From Candidatus Aminicenantes bacterium (lineage in GTDB: Bacteria > Acidobacteriota > Aminicenantia > Aminicenantales > UBA4085), in contig CAVSPT010000006.1 in assembly GCA_963729855.1 (NCBI GenBank), positions 933,428-997,427 of the forward strand: a DNA stretch of 64,000 bases. The letters are read 5' to 3'. Below, piece by piece: positions 46,337 to 55,401 of the stretch (position 1 is its first letter; each line of letters begins with the position of its first letter). The notes under the pieces are model-generated. The model searched no databases and was not told where the DNA came from. It saw nothing but the letters and a program-made list of their open reading frames with translations. The position numbers and the translations under genes were made by a program.

Positions 46337-47407
46337 TTATGGCAATTCCTTTGAAGCAGCCTCCCAGGCATGGACGCCCCGGGGGGACAGGGATGTGGGC
46401 AGGACGCGGATGCCGCGCCCCAAGCCTTCCAAGGCGGCGATCATGCGCCTCCGGAGCCCGTCGTCGGCCGCGGCCAGGACGGTCAGCGACCCTCCCCTGC
46501 CGCCGGCGCCGTTGACTTTCCAGCCGGCCGCTCCGTGGCCTCGGGCGACGGCGGCCGCGGCGTCCGCAGCGGGGGAAACGAGGCCGGAAAAGAGGGCCCG
46601 CTGGCATTCATTGTTATGGACCATGGCCGCGCCGAAGGCGTCCAAATCCCCCGCGTTCAGGGCTCCGCGGGCCTCGACGGCCGCGTCCGCCAGGCGTTTC
46701 AGAACCTCGCGCTTGAGGAGAGAGCCGCTTTGCTCGAGCTCGGCAATGACTTTTTCATGCATGTCCGTCGAGCGGTGCGGCGCGCCCATGTAGACGAGGC
46801 ACAATCGACGATCCATTTCCGACCAGAGGGCGGAGCCGAGGCGGACCGAGGAGACCCGGGCCTCCGGGTAGCGGTCCATGGCGATGAAGCTGATGCCGCC
46901 GTGGGCGGCGGCGATCTGGTCCTGGATCCCGCTTTGCTGGCCGAGCTTTTCGGTCTCCACCCGATGGGCCAGGCGGGCCAGTTCGGCCCAGGCCAGGGGC
47001 CGGGCACGAAGGGCGTTCAGCCCGCCGAGCAAAGCCACGCACACGGCGGCCGAAGTCCCCGTGGAGATGCCCGCCGGAATGGAGGAATGGAGGCGGATCT
47101 CCAGGGCCAGGTCGGGGTCGGGGGGGAGGCTCCCGACCACGAACTGGAGGAGGCCATGGGGCTCACGCCGGGGGCGGCCGGGATCCATGCGGAACGTTTC
47201 GCCGAAATTTTCGGCATGGACGGCGACACGGGACCCGGCCTTGGAGCGTCTCGGGAAGACCTCGATCTGGACCTCGACGCCGGGAAGAACGGCGGCGTTG
47301 AGGACCCGGCCGCGCCCGGCGAACCAGGTGTCCGTCCAAGCGCCGATGTCGTTGATGCGGATGGGGGCCCGGGCATGGATGACGCGGTCCGGGCGGGGGG
47401 TGGCCAT
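46337..47407 (-). CDS. GHMP-family sugar kinase
   Basis: 356 aa. RAPIRINDIGAWTD.. and the GHMP ATP-binding motif SSIPAGISTGTSAAVCVALLGGL. It starts 7 nt after the ABC permease stop. Confidence 0.75.
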   Translation of the reverse strand: MATPRPDRVIHARAPIRINDIGAWTDTWFAGRGRVLNAAVLPGVEVQIEVFPRRSKAGSRVAVHAENFGETFRMDPGRPRREPHGLLQFVVGSLPPDPDLALEIRLHSSIPAGISTGTSAAVCVALLGGLNALRARPLAWAELARLAHRVETEKLGQQSGIQDQIAAAHGGISFIAMDRYPEARVSSVRLGSALWSEMDRRLCLVYMGAPHRSTDMHEKVIAELEQSGSLLKREVLKRLADAAVEARGALNAGDLDAFGAAMVHNNECQRALFSGLVSPAADAAAAVARGHGAAGWKVNGAGGRGGSLTVLAAADDGLRRRMIAALEGLGRGIRVLPTSLSPRGVHAWEAASKELP

Positions 47408-47414
47408 GCGGAAC

Positions 47415-48383
47415 TCAGGCGGAGCGGCGGTGGCGGATCTGGTCCAGGCTGACGGCCGCCACGATGATGGCCCCGATGATGATCTCCTGGATGTAGTTGG
47501 GCCAGCCCATCATGGTGCACCCGTTGCGCAGGAAGGACATGATGAAAACACCGATCATCGAGCCCAGGATGCTGCCCTCGCCGCCGCTCAGGCTGCCCCC
47601 GCCGATGACCACCGCGGCGATGATGTCCAGCTCCAGCCCGACAGCCACGGTCGGGTCTCCGACGGTCAGCCGGGAGAATTCCATGACCCCGGACAGTCCG
47701 CAGAAGACACCGCCGACGGCGTAGATGGCCACTTTGGCGGCGTTGACCCGGACGCCGCAAAGGCGGGCCGTGGATTCGTTCGAGCCGATGGCGAAGGCGT
47801 GCCGGCCGAAGACCGTCGAGCGCAGGACGACGGCCATGGCCGCGGCCAGCACGATCATGAGCCAGACTCCGGGGGCCAGGAGGAGCCAGGACGGACGGGG
47901 CGACTTGGCCATGAGCTCGTTGATCCAGGTCAGGGGGGCGTCGATCTTCTGGTTATGGGCGATCCACTTGGCCAGCCCGCGGGCGATGCCCATCATCCCC
48001 AGGGTGATGATGAACGGCACCAGCCGCAGGCGGGTGATGAGCAGTCCGTTGACCAGCCCGATCAGGGCCCCGGTCAGGACACCCAGGATCACGGCCAGGA
48101 GGGGCGGCAGGCCGGCGTTGGCGGCATAGGCGGCGATGACGCTGGACAGGGCGATATTGGAGGCGGCCGACAGGTCGATGCCGCCGCTGACGATGATGAG
48201 GGTCATGCCCAAGGCGCCGAGGGCCACGATGACCGACTGGGTGGCCACGGCCTTGAGGTTCGAGAGGCGCAGGAAGCGCGGCCCGACGTCGGGCAGGACG
48301 GAGAACAGGGCGATCACCAGGATCAGGCCCAGAAACGGAGCCAGCAGGTTGATCGCGGATTGGAGCTTCGTTTTCGGCTTCAT
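47415..48383 (-). CDS. Sugar ABC transporter permease (RbsC/BPD_transp_2 type)
   Basis: ATG 48383 (322 aa). The ORF-track 754-aa version is an out-of-context upstream extension. LIIVSGGIDLSAAS and GGSLSGGEGSILG are typical of ribose-type permeases. Confidence 0.85.
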   Translation of the reverse strand: MKPKTKLQSAINLLAPFLGLILVIALFSVLPDVGPRFLRLSNLKAVATQSVIVALGALGMTLIIVSGGIDLSAASNIALSSVIAAYAANAGLPPLLAVILGVLTGALIGLVNGLLITRLRLVPFIITLGMMGIARGLAKWIAHNQKIDAPLTWINELMAKSPRPSWLLLAPGVWLMIVLAAAMAVVLRSTVFGRHAFAIGSNESTARLCGVRVNAAKVAIYAVGGVFCGLSGVMEFSRLTVGDPTVAVGLELDIIAAVVIGGGSLSGGEGSILGSMIGVFIMSFLRNGCTMMGWPNYIQEIIIGAIIVAAVSLDQIRHRRSA

Positions 48384-48388
48384 CGGTG

Positions 48389-49891
48389 TCACGCTTTCCC
48401 GGTCATGGAGGCGGCCATGAGGCTTTCGTCCGTCCAATCCCCGGCCGGGCGGACGGCGACCACCTGGCCGCGAAAGAACACGGCGATGCGGTCGCACACG
48501 CCCAGGAGCTCGGGGAAATAGGAGCTGACGAAGACGAGCCCCTTGCCCTCCGCGGCCAGGCGGCCCATCCATTCGTAGATCTGGGCCTTGCTCAGGACGT
48601 CGATCCCGCGCGTCGGCTCGTCCAGCAGGAGGATGGCGGCCTGCTGGTGAAGCAGGCGGGCCAAGGCCGTCTTCTGCTGGTTCCCGCCGGACAGCGAAGC
48701 GACGGCTTGCTGGGGATGGCGGGCTTTGATGCCGAGGGTCTCCATCCAGCGGGCCGCCTCGGCCGAGCGCTTCTTCACGCTCAACAGGCCGAATCGTTTG
48801 TAAGGCCGCAGGCGGCTGAGGGTGATGTTGTCGGTCAGCGAGCGGTTGAGGGCCAGGCCCTCGCCCTGGCGGTCTTCGCTGAGAAGGCCGAGGCCCTGGC
48901 GGATGCGGCCCCAGGGCTTGGATCCGCCGGAGAAGCCGGCCAGGGCGATCCGCCCGGCCGTCGTCCCGTCCAATCCGAAGACGGCCCGCAGGGTCTCCGT
49001 GCGCCCCGCCCCGATCAGCCCGGCCAGGCCCAGAATCTCGCCGCGCCGTAAATCGAGGTCGACGGGTTCGGCCATCCTCCTGCTTTTCAAACCGCCGAGG
49101 GACAGGAGAACCTCGCCCGGCGCGTGAGGGATGCGCGGGAAGAATTCGCCGACCGGCTTGCCGACCATGAGCTGGATGATCGCATCGAGGGGTGTGCCGG
49201 CCAGCGGGCCGGTCCCGACGGTGCGCCCGTCGCGGAGCACGGTATAGACATCGGCCACAGCCTGAACTTCTTCCAGGAAGTGGCTGATGTAGATGATGCC
49301 CACGCCCTCGTCCTTGAGACGGCAGATGGCCTGGAACAGGCGCTCGGTATCTTCCTGGGTCAGGCTGCTCGTCGGCTCGTCCATGACGACGATGCGGGCT
49401 CTGTCGAGGAGGGCCCGGGCGATCTCGACGATCTGGCGGGCGCCGACGCTCAGCTTGCGGACCGGCACGTCCGGGGTGATCTCGGGGTGATGCAGGCCCT
49501 TCAACGTCTCGGCGATGCGCCGGCGGGCTTCGCGCCTCCGCAGGAATCCGGCCCGCCGGGCCTCCCGCCCCAGCATGATGTTCTCCTCGACGGTCAGATG
49601 GGGCGCCAGATTGAGTTCCTGATAGATCATGGAGACGCCGCAGCGGCGCCCGTCGTGGGGGCTCGACGGCGCATAGCACGCCCCGCCGAGCGCCATCGCT
49701 CCTTCGTCCGGCCGGAGAGCTCCGCTCAGGATCTTCATGAGCGTGCTCTTGCCCGCCCCGTTCTCGCCGAGCAGGGCGTGAACCTCTCCGGGGCGAAGGG
49801 TGAAATCGACGCCGGCCAGGGCCACGGTCGCCCCGAACCGTTTATGGATGCCCGTCATGGACAGGACGGGCGGACCGGCCGGGCTGGTCAT
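48389..49891 (-). CDS. Sugar ABC transporter ATP-binding protein (duplicated ATPase, RbsA/MglA type)
   Basis: 500 aa. First cassette GENGAGKSTL..LSVGARQIVEIARAL..VVMDEPT. Second cassette GLIGAGRTE..LSGGNQQKTALARLL..LLLDEPTRGID. Confidence 0.9.
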   Translation of the reverse strand: MTSPAGPPVLSMTGIHKRFGATVALAGVDFTLRPGEVHALLGENGAGKSTLMKILSGALRPDEGAMALGGACYAPSSPHDGRRCGVSMIYQELNLAPHLTVEENIMLGREARRAGFLRRREARRRIAETLKGLHHPEITPDVPVRKLSVGARQIVEIARALLDRARIVVMDEPTSSLTQEDTERLFQAICRLKDEGVGIIYISHFLEEVQAVADVYTVLRDGRTVGTGPLAGTPLDAIIQLMVGKPVGEFFPRIPHAPGEVLLSLGGLKSRRMAEPVDLDLRRGEILGLAGLIGAGRTETLRAVFGLDGTTAGRIALAGFSGGSKPWGRIRQGLGLLSEDRQGEGLALNRSLTDNITLSRLRPYKRFGLLSVKKRSAEAARWMETLGIKARHPQQAVASLSGGNQQKTALARLLHQQAAILLLDEPTRGIDVLSKAQIYEWMGRLAAEGKGLVFVSSYFPELLGVCDRIAVFFRGQVVAVRPAGDWTDESLMAASMTGKA

Positions 49892-50886
49892 CGATCGAGG
49901 ATGGAAAGATCGGGCGTCAGGAGGGCCTTGATCTCGGCCGTTCCCATGTTGTCCTTGGTGGCCAGGGTCACTCCGGTATCGATGAGCGCGCCGACTTTTT
50001 GGCCGCGCAGGTATTGGACCATCGTGGTCACGCCCAAGTAACCCATCTTGACGGGATTCTGCAGGACGAGCCCTTGGAGGTGGCCGTCGGCCAGGGCCTG
50101 GACGAGCTTGGGGGAGCTGTCGAAGCCGACGAACTTGACCTTGCCGGCGAGCTGCGCTTCCTGGAGGGCGCGCAAGGCGCCGAATGTGCTCGATTCGTTG
50201 GGGCAGAAGACGCCCTCGACGTCGGGGAAGCGGCCGAGCAGGTTCTCCGCGGTCTGGTAGGCCGATTCGGTGGTCGGGCCGGCGTACTGATCCTTGGCCA
50301 GGACGGTCAGCCCGGGAAAATCGCTTTCGACGGTCTCGATGAAGCCGCGCTCGCGCTCGGTCGTCGAGGCCGATCCGGCCTGGTAGCGGAGCATGAAGAT
50401 CCGGCCTTTGCCGCCCAGGAGCTCGCCCATGCGGCGGGCGGCCATGACGCCGCCCCGGAAATTGTCGGTGGCGATGAAGCTGACGTAGTCCTTGCCCTGC
50501 AGCCCGGAGTCGATGATGACGACCGGGATGTTCTCGCGCATGGCGTCCTGGACGGGACGCACCAGGGCCCGGTCGTCGAGCGGGGCCAGGACGATGCCGT
50601 CGACGCCGCGGCTGAGGACGTCCTCGACCACGGTGATCTGCTGGGCCCGGTCGTCCTCTTTCTGAGGCCCCTTCCAGAGGATTTCCACGCCGAGCTCACG
50701 GGCGGCCTGGAGGGCGCCGGCATGGATGGATTTCCAAAATTCGTGGGTCGTGCCTTTGGGGATGACGGCGATCTTGTAGATCTTGGCCGGAGAGGCGGCC
50801 TTGGTTTTTTCAGGGCGGCCGCAGGCGGCGAAGATCAACGCGCCCGCAGCGAGCAGGAGCGGAATTTTTTTCAGGGGACCGTTCAT
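49888..50886 (-). CDS. Sugar ABC transporter periplasmic binding protein (RbsB-like, Peripla_BP_4)
   Basis: 332 aa. Signal peptide with Cys (LLLAAGALIFAAC). IAVIPKGTTHEFWKSIHAGA.. is the type I periplasmic binding fold. ATGA overlap with the ATPase gene. Confidence 0.85.
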   Translation of the reverse strand: MNGPLKKIPLLLAAGALIFAACGRPEKTKAASPAKIYKIAVIPKGTTHEFWKSIHAGALQAARELGVEILWKGPQKEDDRAQQITVVEDVLSRGVDGIVLAPLDDRALVRPVQDAMRENIPVVIIDSGLQGKDYVSFIATDNFRGGVMAARRMGELLGGKGRIFMLRYQAGSASTTERERGFIETVESDFPGLTVLAKDQYAGPTTESAYQTAENLLGRFPDVEGVFCPNESSTFGALRALQEAQLAGKVKFVGFDSSPKLVQALADGHLQGLVLQNPVKMGYLGVTTMVQYLRGQKVGALIDTGVTLATKDNMGTAEIKALLTPDLSILDR

Positions 50887-50892
50887 GCGTTG

Positions 50893-50921
50893 AGTATATG
50901 CGGAAGGGACGGGCGAGTCAA
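50893..50921 (-). promoter_or_regulatory. Sigma-70-type promoter candidate placing the TSS at or next to the ATG of the sugar-binding protein gene
   Basis: Minus strand TTGACT (50921->50916), 17 nt spacer, TATACT (50898->50893). Only 6 nt separate the -10 from ATG 50886, and there is no SD. Confidence 0.45.
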
Positions 50922-50979
50922 AGTCGCGGGCCGGGCGGGAAGGCCGCGCCGGGGCGGCCGGAAGAGCGGGAAGCCGCGC

Positions 50980-51177
50980 TTATTTTTTTTTCAGGACGGG
51001 CATCCCGGTCCTGAGCGTTTCCACGACCTGGTAACCCTCGGGAACCTGATCCAGAGCGCCGGGCTTCACTTCTTTGGCGAAGAAATAGATCATCTGCTTT
51101 CGTCCGCCCTTGAGCTCGACGTTCTTGTGGTGCAGGAAGTAGACCGCGCCTCTGGAGTTCTGGAATTGAAAAGCCAT
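50980..51177 (-). CDS. Small conserved-looking hypothetical protein (65 aa)
   Basis: ATG 51177 with AGGAGG 8 nt upstream and clean coding bias. MAFQFQNSRGAVYFLHHKNVELKGGRKQMIYFFAKEVKPGALDQVPEGYQVVETLRTGMPVLKKK. No family assigned. Confidence 0.45.
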   Translation of the reverse strand: MAFQFQNSRGAVYFLHHKNVELKGGRKQMIYFFAKEVKPGALDQVPEGYQVVETLRTGMPVLKKK

Positions 51178-51273
51178 GGATGCATCCTCCTATCGGAATC
51201 CGGCGCTCCTCGGCGCGATGCGGAAGGATCGCTCGATGATCCCCCCGCGGCGGCTCCTGAGGAACTGCGACAA

Positions 51274-51302
51274 GTATTAAACGAAACTTTCGTCCTTGTC
51301 AA
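51274..51302 (-). promoter_or_regulatory. Sigma-70-type promoter candidate for the 65-aa gene
   Basis: Minus strand TTGACA (51302->51297), 17 nt spacer, TAATAC (51279->51274). Implies a leader of about 90 nt. Confidence 0.45.
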
Positions 51303-51308
51303 CACGCA

Positions 51309-51590
51309 TCACTGGATGAATCCGGAGCCGCGCGGCGCTTCGCCCGGCGGAATGGGCCCGTTGGATTCCTCGTAGCCCCGGACGTTGGCGGCCAGGGCGT
51401 CGAGGAAACGCTTGGCGTGGGCCGGGCTGAGAATGATGCGGGCCAGGAGCTTGCCGGCCGGCCCATCCGGAAAGAGGAAAGCGAAATCGAAAATGAATTC
51501 CTCGCGCGAATGGCGGATGCCGGCCAGGTTGGCGTACTGCCCCGCGGCCGTCGCTTCGTCGACCTTGATGTCGATTTTTTTCTCGTCCAC
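51309..51590 (-). CDS. DUF3467-like small protein
   Basis: Start set to GTG 51590 (93 aa; GGAAAGAGAGG upstream) rather than ORF-track 51746. QYANLAGIRHSREEFIFDFAFLFP matches the DUF3467 core as I recall it. Confidence 0.5.
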   Translation of the reverse strand: MDEKKIDIKVDEATAAGQYANLAGIRHSREEFIFDFAFLFPDGPAGKLLARIILSPAHAKRFLDALAANVRGYEESNGPIPPGEAPRGSGFIQ

Positions 51591-51779
51591 GTCAACCTCT
51601 CTTTCCTTCAAAATTTTTTGAAAATAATTCTTGCCTTTTAACCGCGATGGTGTATATTGGTTGTGGCTTTCTTGCGCGGGCTGGAGAGAGCCCCCACCTA
51701 TTTGGTTCCCATCATCAACCCCCCTTTTGCTGACAACAGCCCGCATAAAACCCCCGGAGCCCCGGGGTCCTTTTCCCCC

Positions 51780-52685
51780 TCATCGGACAGGCTCTCCGTC
51801 CGCGTAGCCGTCGAGGATGTCGCGCGGGACCTCGTAAACCCGGCCCCACCCTCCGTAACGCGACACGAGATCGAGACGCAATAAGCTGCGCTTCGTTCCT
51901 CCCTCGATGAGATAGACCGGGCTTCCTTTCCGGGCGTTCTGCTCCATCACCATCAGGCCGTCGAAATTCAGGTCGATCGTCCGGCCCCGGCGCATCTTCG
52001 CCAGCGTCTCGTCCGGGACCTCGACAAAATAGTCCCGGGGATTCCGGCCCCGCTTCTGATCGTAGTTGTAGCGGTAGAGGCTCTCCAGGCTCTTGAACGG
52101 GCGCCGGACGAAAAGGCCTCCGGACTCGCGGACGATGAGGTAGACCGTGGCGTCGCGGGCTTTGACGTACAGACCTTCGAGCGCGGCCGAGCTTTCCCCT
52201 TCCGGCCAAGTCCGGAACTCCCGGGCCAGCCGGTCGATGAGACGGCGGCAATCGTCGAGCCCGAGCGGCTCGAACCGGCCCGCTCCAAGGTCCGCGGCCA
52301 GCTGGCGGAACGAAGCGGCCAGGTAGAGAAACGCGTTGAAAAGGTTCGTGCGCAGAGTTTCCGGACGATAGAAATCCGAGCGCTCGTCGGCCAGCCGGGC
52401 GAACAGCCGGGCGGACGCCGAAAATTCCTCGGGCTTGAACAGGAGGACCTGATCCTCGTCGGAGATCCGGCCGTTCCAACCTTTGAAATGCTCAAAGCTC
52501 GAACGGGACAGGGCGTCCGCGCGGTCGGCCAGCTCGCCGCTCAGGCGGGCCACCGAGCCGCGCCCGCCGGGGCCGAGGGGAGCGCCGGCGTTGGAATCGG
52601 GCCCCGGCCCGGGAGCGGGGACGGGCAAGCAGGCTGCGGCGGCCAGCGCGGCGATGAAAAGACCGCAAACGGCCGTTTTTTTCAT
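51780..52685 (-). CDS. Lipoprotein, unknown function
   Basis: 301 aa. GGAGG upstream of ATG 52685. Lipobox LAAAAC, a Pro/Gly linker, then a soluble domain. No motif recognised. Confidence 0.5.
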   Translation of the reverse strand: MKKTAVCGLFIAALAAAACLPVPAPGPGPDSNAGAPLGPGGRGSVARLSGELADRADALSRSSFEHFKGWNGRISDEDQVLLFKPEEFSASARLFARLADERSDFYRPETLRTNLFNAFLYLAASFRQLAADLGAGRFEPLGLDDCRRLIDRLAREFRTWPEGESSAALEGLYVKARDATVYLIVRESGGLFVRRPFKSLESLYRYNYDQKRGRNPRDYFVEVPDETLAKMRRGRTIDLNFDGLMVMEQNARKGSPVYLIEGGTKRSLLRLDLVSRYGGWGRVYEVPRDILDGYADGEPVR

Positions 52686-52723
52686 GAGGACCTCCGGATC
52701 GTCGGGCTCTCTATTCTTTTTAG

Positions 52724-52752
52724 AGAATAAGCGCGGACCGGGGGGAAGTCAA
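52724..52752 (-). promoter_or_regulatory. Sigma-70-type promoter candidate for the lipoprotein gene
   Basis: Minus strand TTGACT (52752->52747), 17 nt spacer, TATTCT (52729->52724). Confidence 0.35.
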
Positions 52753-52841
52753 CGGAAGAGGAACGGACGATCGCCGGGGAGGGTCCGGGGACGAGGAAAA
52801 GACCCTTTCCTTGAAGAGGAGCCCGGCGCCCGAGGGGTCGA

Positions 52842-52870
52842 TTGAATTCGCCGGGACGTCCGATTATAAT
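52842..52870 (+). promoter_or_regulatory. Sigma-70-type promoter candidate for the ABC-2 / prepilin peptidase operon
   Basis: TTGAAT (52842-52847), 17 nt spacer, TATAAT (52865-52870). ATG 52886 lies 15 nt after the -10, giving a very short leader without an SD. Confidence 0.5.
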
Positions 52871-52885
52871 GACGCCGGTACGCGC

Positions 52886-53803
52886 ATGAACCTTGTCCTC
52901 GAGCTCATCGACGTCCGTAAATCCTTCAAGCTCGGCTTCATTCCCAAGACCCGGGAAATCCTGAAGGGCATCTCCTTTTCCGTGGCCGAGGGCGAGATCT
53001 TCGGATATCTCGGGCCCAACGGCGCGGGCAAGACGACGACCATCAAGTGCGCGCTCGGCCTGATCTTTCCCGACGCCGGCTCGATCCGCCTCTTCGGCCG
53101 GCCGCACCTCGATCCGAAAGCCAAGGAGCGGCTGGGCTTCCTGCCGGAGAACCCCTACTTCTACGATTACCTGACGGCGACGGAGTTCCTCGATTTCTAC
53201 GCCCAACTCTTCAAGGTCCCCAAGGACGTCCGGCGGGAGCGCATCCCCCGCCTCCTCCGGCTCGTCGGCATGGAGCGGGCCGCCGGCCTCCCGCTGCGCA
53301 AGTTCTCCCGGGGCATGCTCCAGCGGGTCGGTCTGGCCCAGGCCCTGGTCAACGAACCCGCCCTGGTCATCCTGGATGAACCTCTCGGGGGGCTCGACCC
53401 CATCGGGCGCAAGGAGATCCGCGACATCATCCTCCGCCTGCGCGACGAGGGCCGGACGGTCGTCTTCACCTCGCACATCCTCCAAGACATCGAGATGATC
53501 TGCCACCGCGTGGCCATCATCGTCGGCGGCCGCATCCTCAGCCAGGGACGCCTGTCCGAGCTCGTCTCCGAGAAGATCCTCTTCACCGAGATCACCGTCT
53601 CCGGGCTGGACCCGGCCGAGACCGCCTCGCTCGGCGAGAGCGTCTCGGCCGAGGGCGGCCGCCTGCTGCTCAAGGTCCACGACGAGGCCAGGGTCGCGGA
53701 CGTGCTCGAGCTCGTCCGGGAGCGCAAAGCCCGGGTCCACGCCCTCGTCCCGCGGACGCTGACCCTGGAGGACATCTTCGTCGACATGGTGAAGCCGAAA
53801 TGA
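52886..53803 (+). CDS. ABC transporter ATP-binding protein (ABC-2 type exporter)
   Basis: ATG 52886; ORF-track 52811 is a TTG inside the promoter region. GPNGAGKTTT, signature-like FSRGMLQRVGLAQAL, and VILDEP. Confidence 0.9.
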   Translation: MNLVLELIDVRKSFKLGFIPKTREILKGISFSVAEGEIFGYLGPNGAGKTTTIKCALGLIFPDAGSIRLFGRPHLDPKAKERLGFLPENPYFYDYLTATEFLDFYAQLFKVPKDVRRERIPRLLRLVGMERAAGLPLRKFSRGMLQRVGLAQALVNEPALVILDEPLGGLDPIGRKEIRDIILRLRDEGRTVVFTSHILQDIEMICHRVAIIVGGRILSQGRLSELVSEKILFTEITVSGLDPAETASLGESVSAEGGRLLLKVHDEARVADVLELVRERKARVHALVPRTLTLEDIFVDMVKPK

Positions 53804-54564
53804 CCATCCGCGTCATCGCCCTGAACACCTTCCGCGAGGCCGTTCGCGATCGGATTCTCTATCTCCTTCTCTTCTTCGCCGCCCTGTCCATCGGTCTGTC
53901 CCGGGTGCTGGCGCTGCTGACGGTCGGCGACCGGATCAAGATCATCAAGGACGTCGGCCTGGCCTCCATCTCCTTTTTCGGGGCCCTGATGGCCATTTTG
54001 ATCGGCACCGGCCTCGTCTACAAGGAGATCGAGAAGCGGACGATCTTCACCCTCCTCTCCAAGCCCATCGGCCGGGCCGAGTTCATCCTGGGCAAGTTCT
54101 TCGGGCTGGTCCTGACCCTGCTGGTCATGACCGGGCTGATGGCCCTCATCTTCCTGGCCCTGCTCTTCGCCCACACGGGACGCATCGAATGGACGATCCC
54201 GGCCGCGCTCCTCTTCATCATGCTCGAGCTCGTCCTGCTGACCGCCGTGGCCATCCTCTTCTCCAGTTTCTCCACGCCCATTCTGAGCACGCTCTTCTCC
54301 CTGAGCTTTTATCTCATCGGCCATTTCAGCTGGAGCCTGGAGACGCTCATCCGCAAGATGCGCCCCGGCCTGGGGCGGACGGTGGTCCGGGTGCTGTACA
54401 CCGCTCTTCCCGACCTGGAGACGTTCAACTACAAGACCGAAGTCGTCCACGGACTGCCCGTCCCGGCCGCGGCCTGGCTGACGGCGCCGGCCTACGCCGT
54501 CTTCTACACGGCCTTCGTCCTTCTCCTGGCCGTGCTCGTCTTCCGCCGCCGGGATTTCATCTGA
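53800..54564 (+). CDS. ABC-2 family transporter permease
   Basis: 254 aa with 6 hydrophobic helices. ATGA overlap with the ATPase gene. The N-terminus IRVIALNTFREAVRDRILY is typical of ABC-2 / NosY-like permeases. Confidence 0.7.
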   Translation: MTIRVIALNTFREAVRDRILYLLLFFAALSIGLSRVLALLTVGDRIKIIKDVGLASISFFGALMAILIGTGLVYKEIEKRTIFTLLSKPIGRAEFILGKFFGLVLTLLVMTGLMALIFLALLFAHTGRIEWTIPAALLFIMLELVLLTAVAILFSSFSTPILSTLFSLSFYLIGHFSWSLETLIRKMRPGLGRTVVRVLYTALPDLETFNYKTEVVHGLPVPAAAWLTAPAYAVFYTAFVLLLAVLVFRRRDFI

Positions 54565-54567
54565 GCG

Positions 54568-55401
54568 ATGAAGAAAGCCGCTCCCGTCATTCTTCTTCTG
54601 GCCGCCCTCCTGGCCTCGATGGGCCTCAAACGTAACAACGACGCCCTGCCCCGCCGGCGCGTTCCGGGATCGAGCATCATTTACATCCCCTCCGGCGCCT
54701 ATCTCAAGCCGGCCACGTTCGGCTTCCCCTCGCTGGCCGCGGACATCGTTTTTTTATGGGCCATCCAGTATTACGGCAACCCGGAGATCCCCAACAAGTT
54801 CGCCTACTTCACCCATATCTTCTCCATCATCTCCGAGCTCGACCCGCGCTACATCGATCCCTACGAGGTCGGGGCCCTGATCGCCGTCTACGACGGGCGC
54901 GACACGGCGCTGGCTCTCAAGATCCTGGACATGGGCGCGGCCAAAAACCCCGATCAATGGATCTTTCCCTTCGAGGCCGGCCACTATGCCCTGGCCCGCA
55001 AGGACTTCGACACGGCCAAAGCCTATTTCCAAAAAGCCATGGACATCCCCGGCGCGCCGGTCCTCATCCGTCGTCTTTTCGCCAACGCGGCCTACAAGAC
55101 GATGGACTATCAGACCTCCTGGGAAACGTGGAAAAGCGTCTACGAAACGGCCGCCGACGAACAGATCAGGAAGATCGCCTCCAATCACCTCTACCAGGTC
55201 AAAGCGGCCGTGGACATCGCCGCCCTCAAGAACGCCGTGTTCGATTTCCGGGCCCGCACCGGCCGCAACCCCGAAGACCTCGAGGACCTGGTCCGGGCCG
55301 GCTTGATCCGCCAAGTCCCCCGGGATTTCGACGACAAGGACTACGCCTATGATCCGCGCAGCGGCGCCGTCGACACCGCGGTGAGCCCATGGAAACGATG
55401 A
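54568..55401 (+). CDS. Membrane-anchored or secreted helical-repeat (TPR-like) protein with pseudopilin-like C-terminal motif
   Basis: 277 aa. N-terminal hydrophobic segment (MKKAAPVILLLAALLASMG) and helical repeats (ALKILDMGAAKNPDQW, DFDTAKAYFQKAMDI). The C-terminus FRARTGRNPEDLEDLVRAGLIRQVPRDFDDKDYAYDPRSGAV resembles the GspG-type pseudopilin globular motif. Function unknown. Confidence 0.45.
   Translation: MKKAAPVILLLAALLASMGLKRNNDALPRRRVPGSSIIYIPSGAYLKPATFGFPSLAADIVFLWAIQYYGNPEIPNKFAYFTHIFSIISELDPRYIDPYEVGALIAVYDGRDTALALKILDMGAAKNPDQWIFPFEAGHYALARKDFDTAKAYFQKAMDIPGAPVLIRRLFANAAYKTMDYQTSWETWKSVYETAADEQIRKIASNHLYQVKAAVDIAALKNAVFDFRARTGRNPEDLEDLVRAGLIRQVPRDFDDKDYAYDPRSGAVDTAVSPWKR

Noticed and set aside
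47415-49679. 754-aa ORF covering the permease and part of the ATPase gene
   Set aside because: Only the last 322 codons (from ATG 48383, MKPKTKLQS..) look like a ribose-type permease. The upstream part is a shadow frame of the ATPase gene.
54568-54640. Possible prepilin (class III) signal peptide at the N-terminus of the TPR-like protein next to the prepilin peptidase
   Set aside because: The N-terminus MKKAAPVILLLAALLASMGLKRNN lacks the G/(F,M)TLxE cleavage motif. It looks like an ordinary signal or anchor segment.
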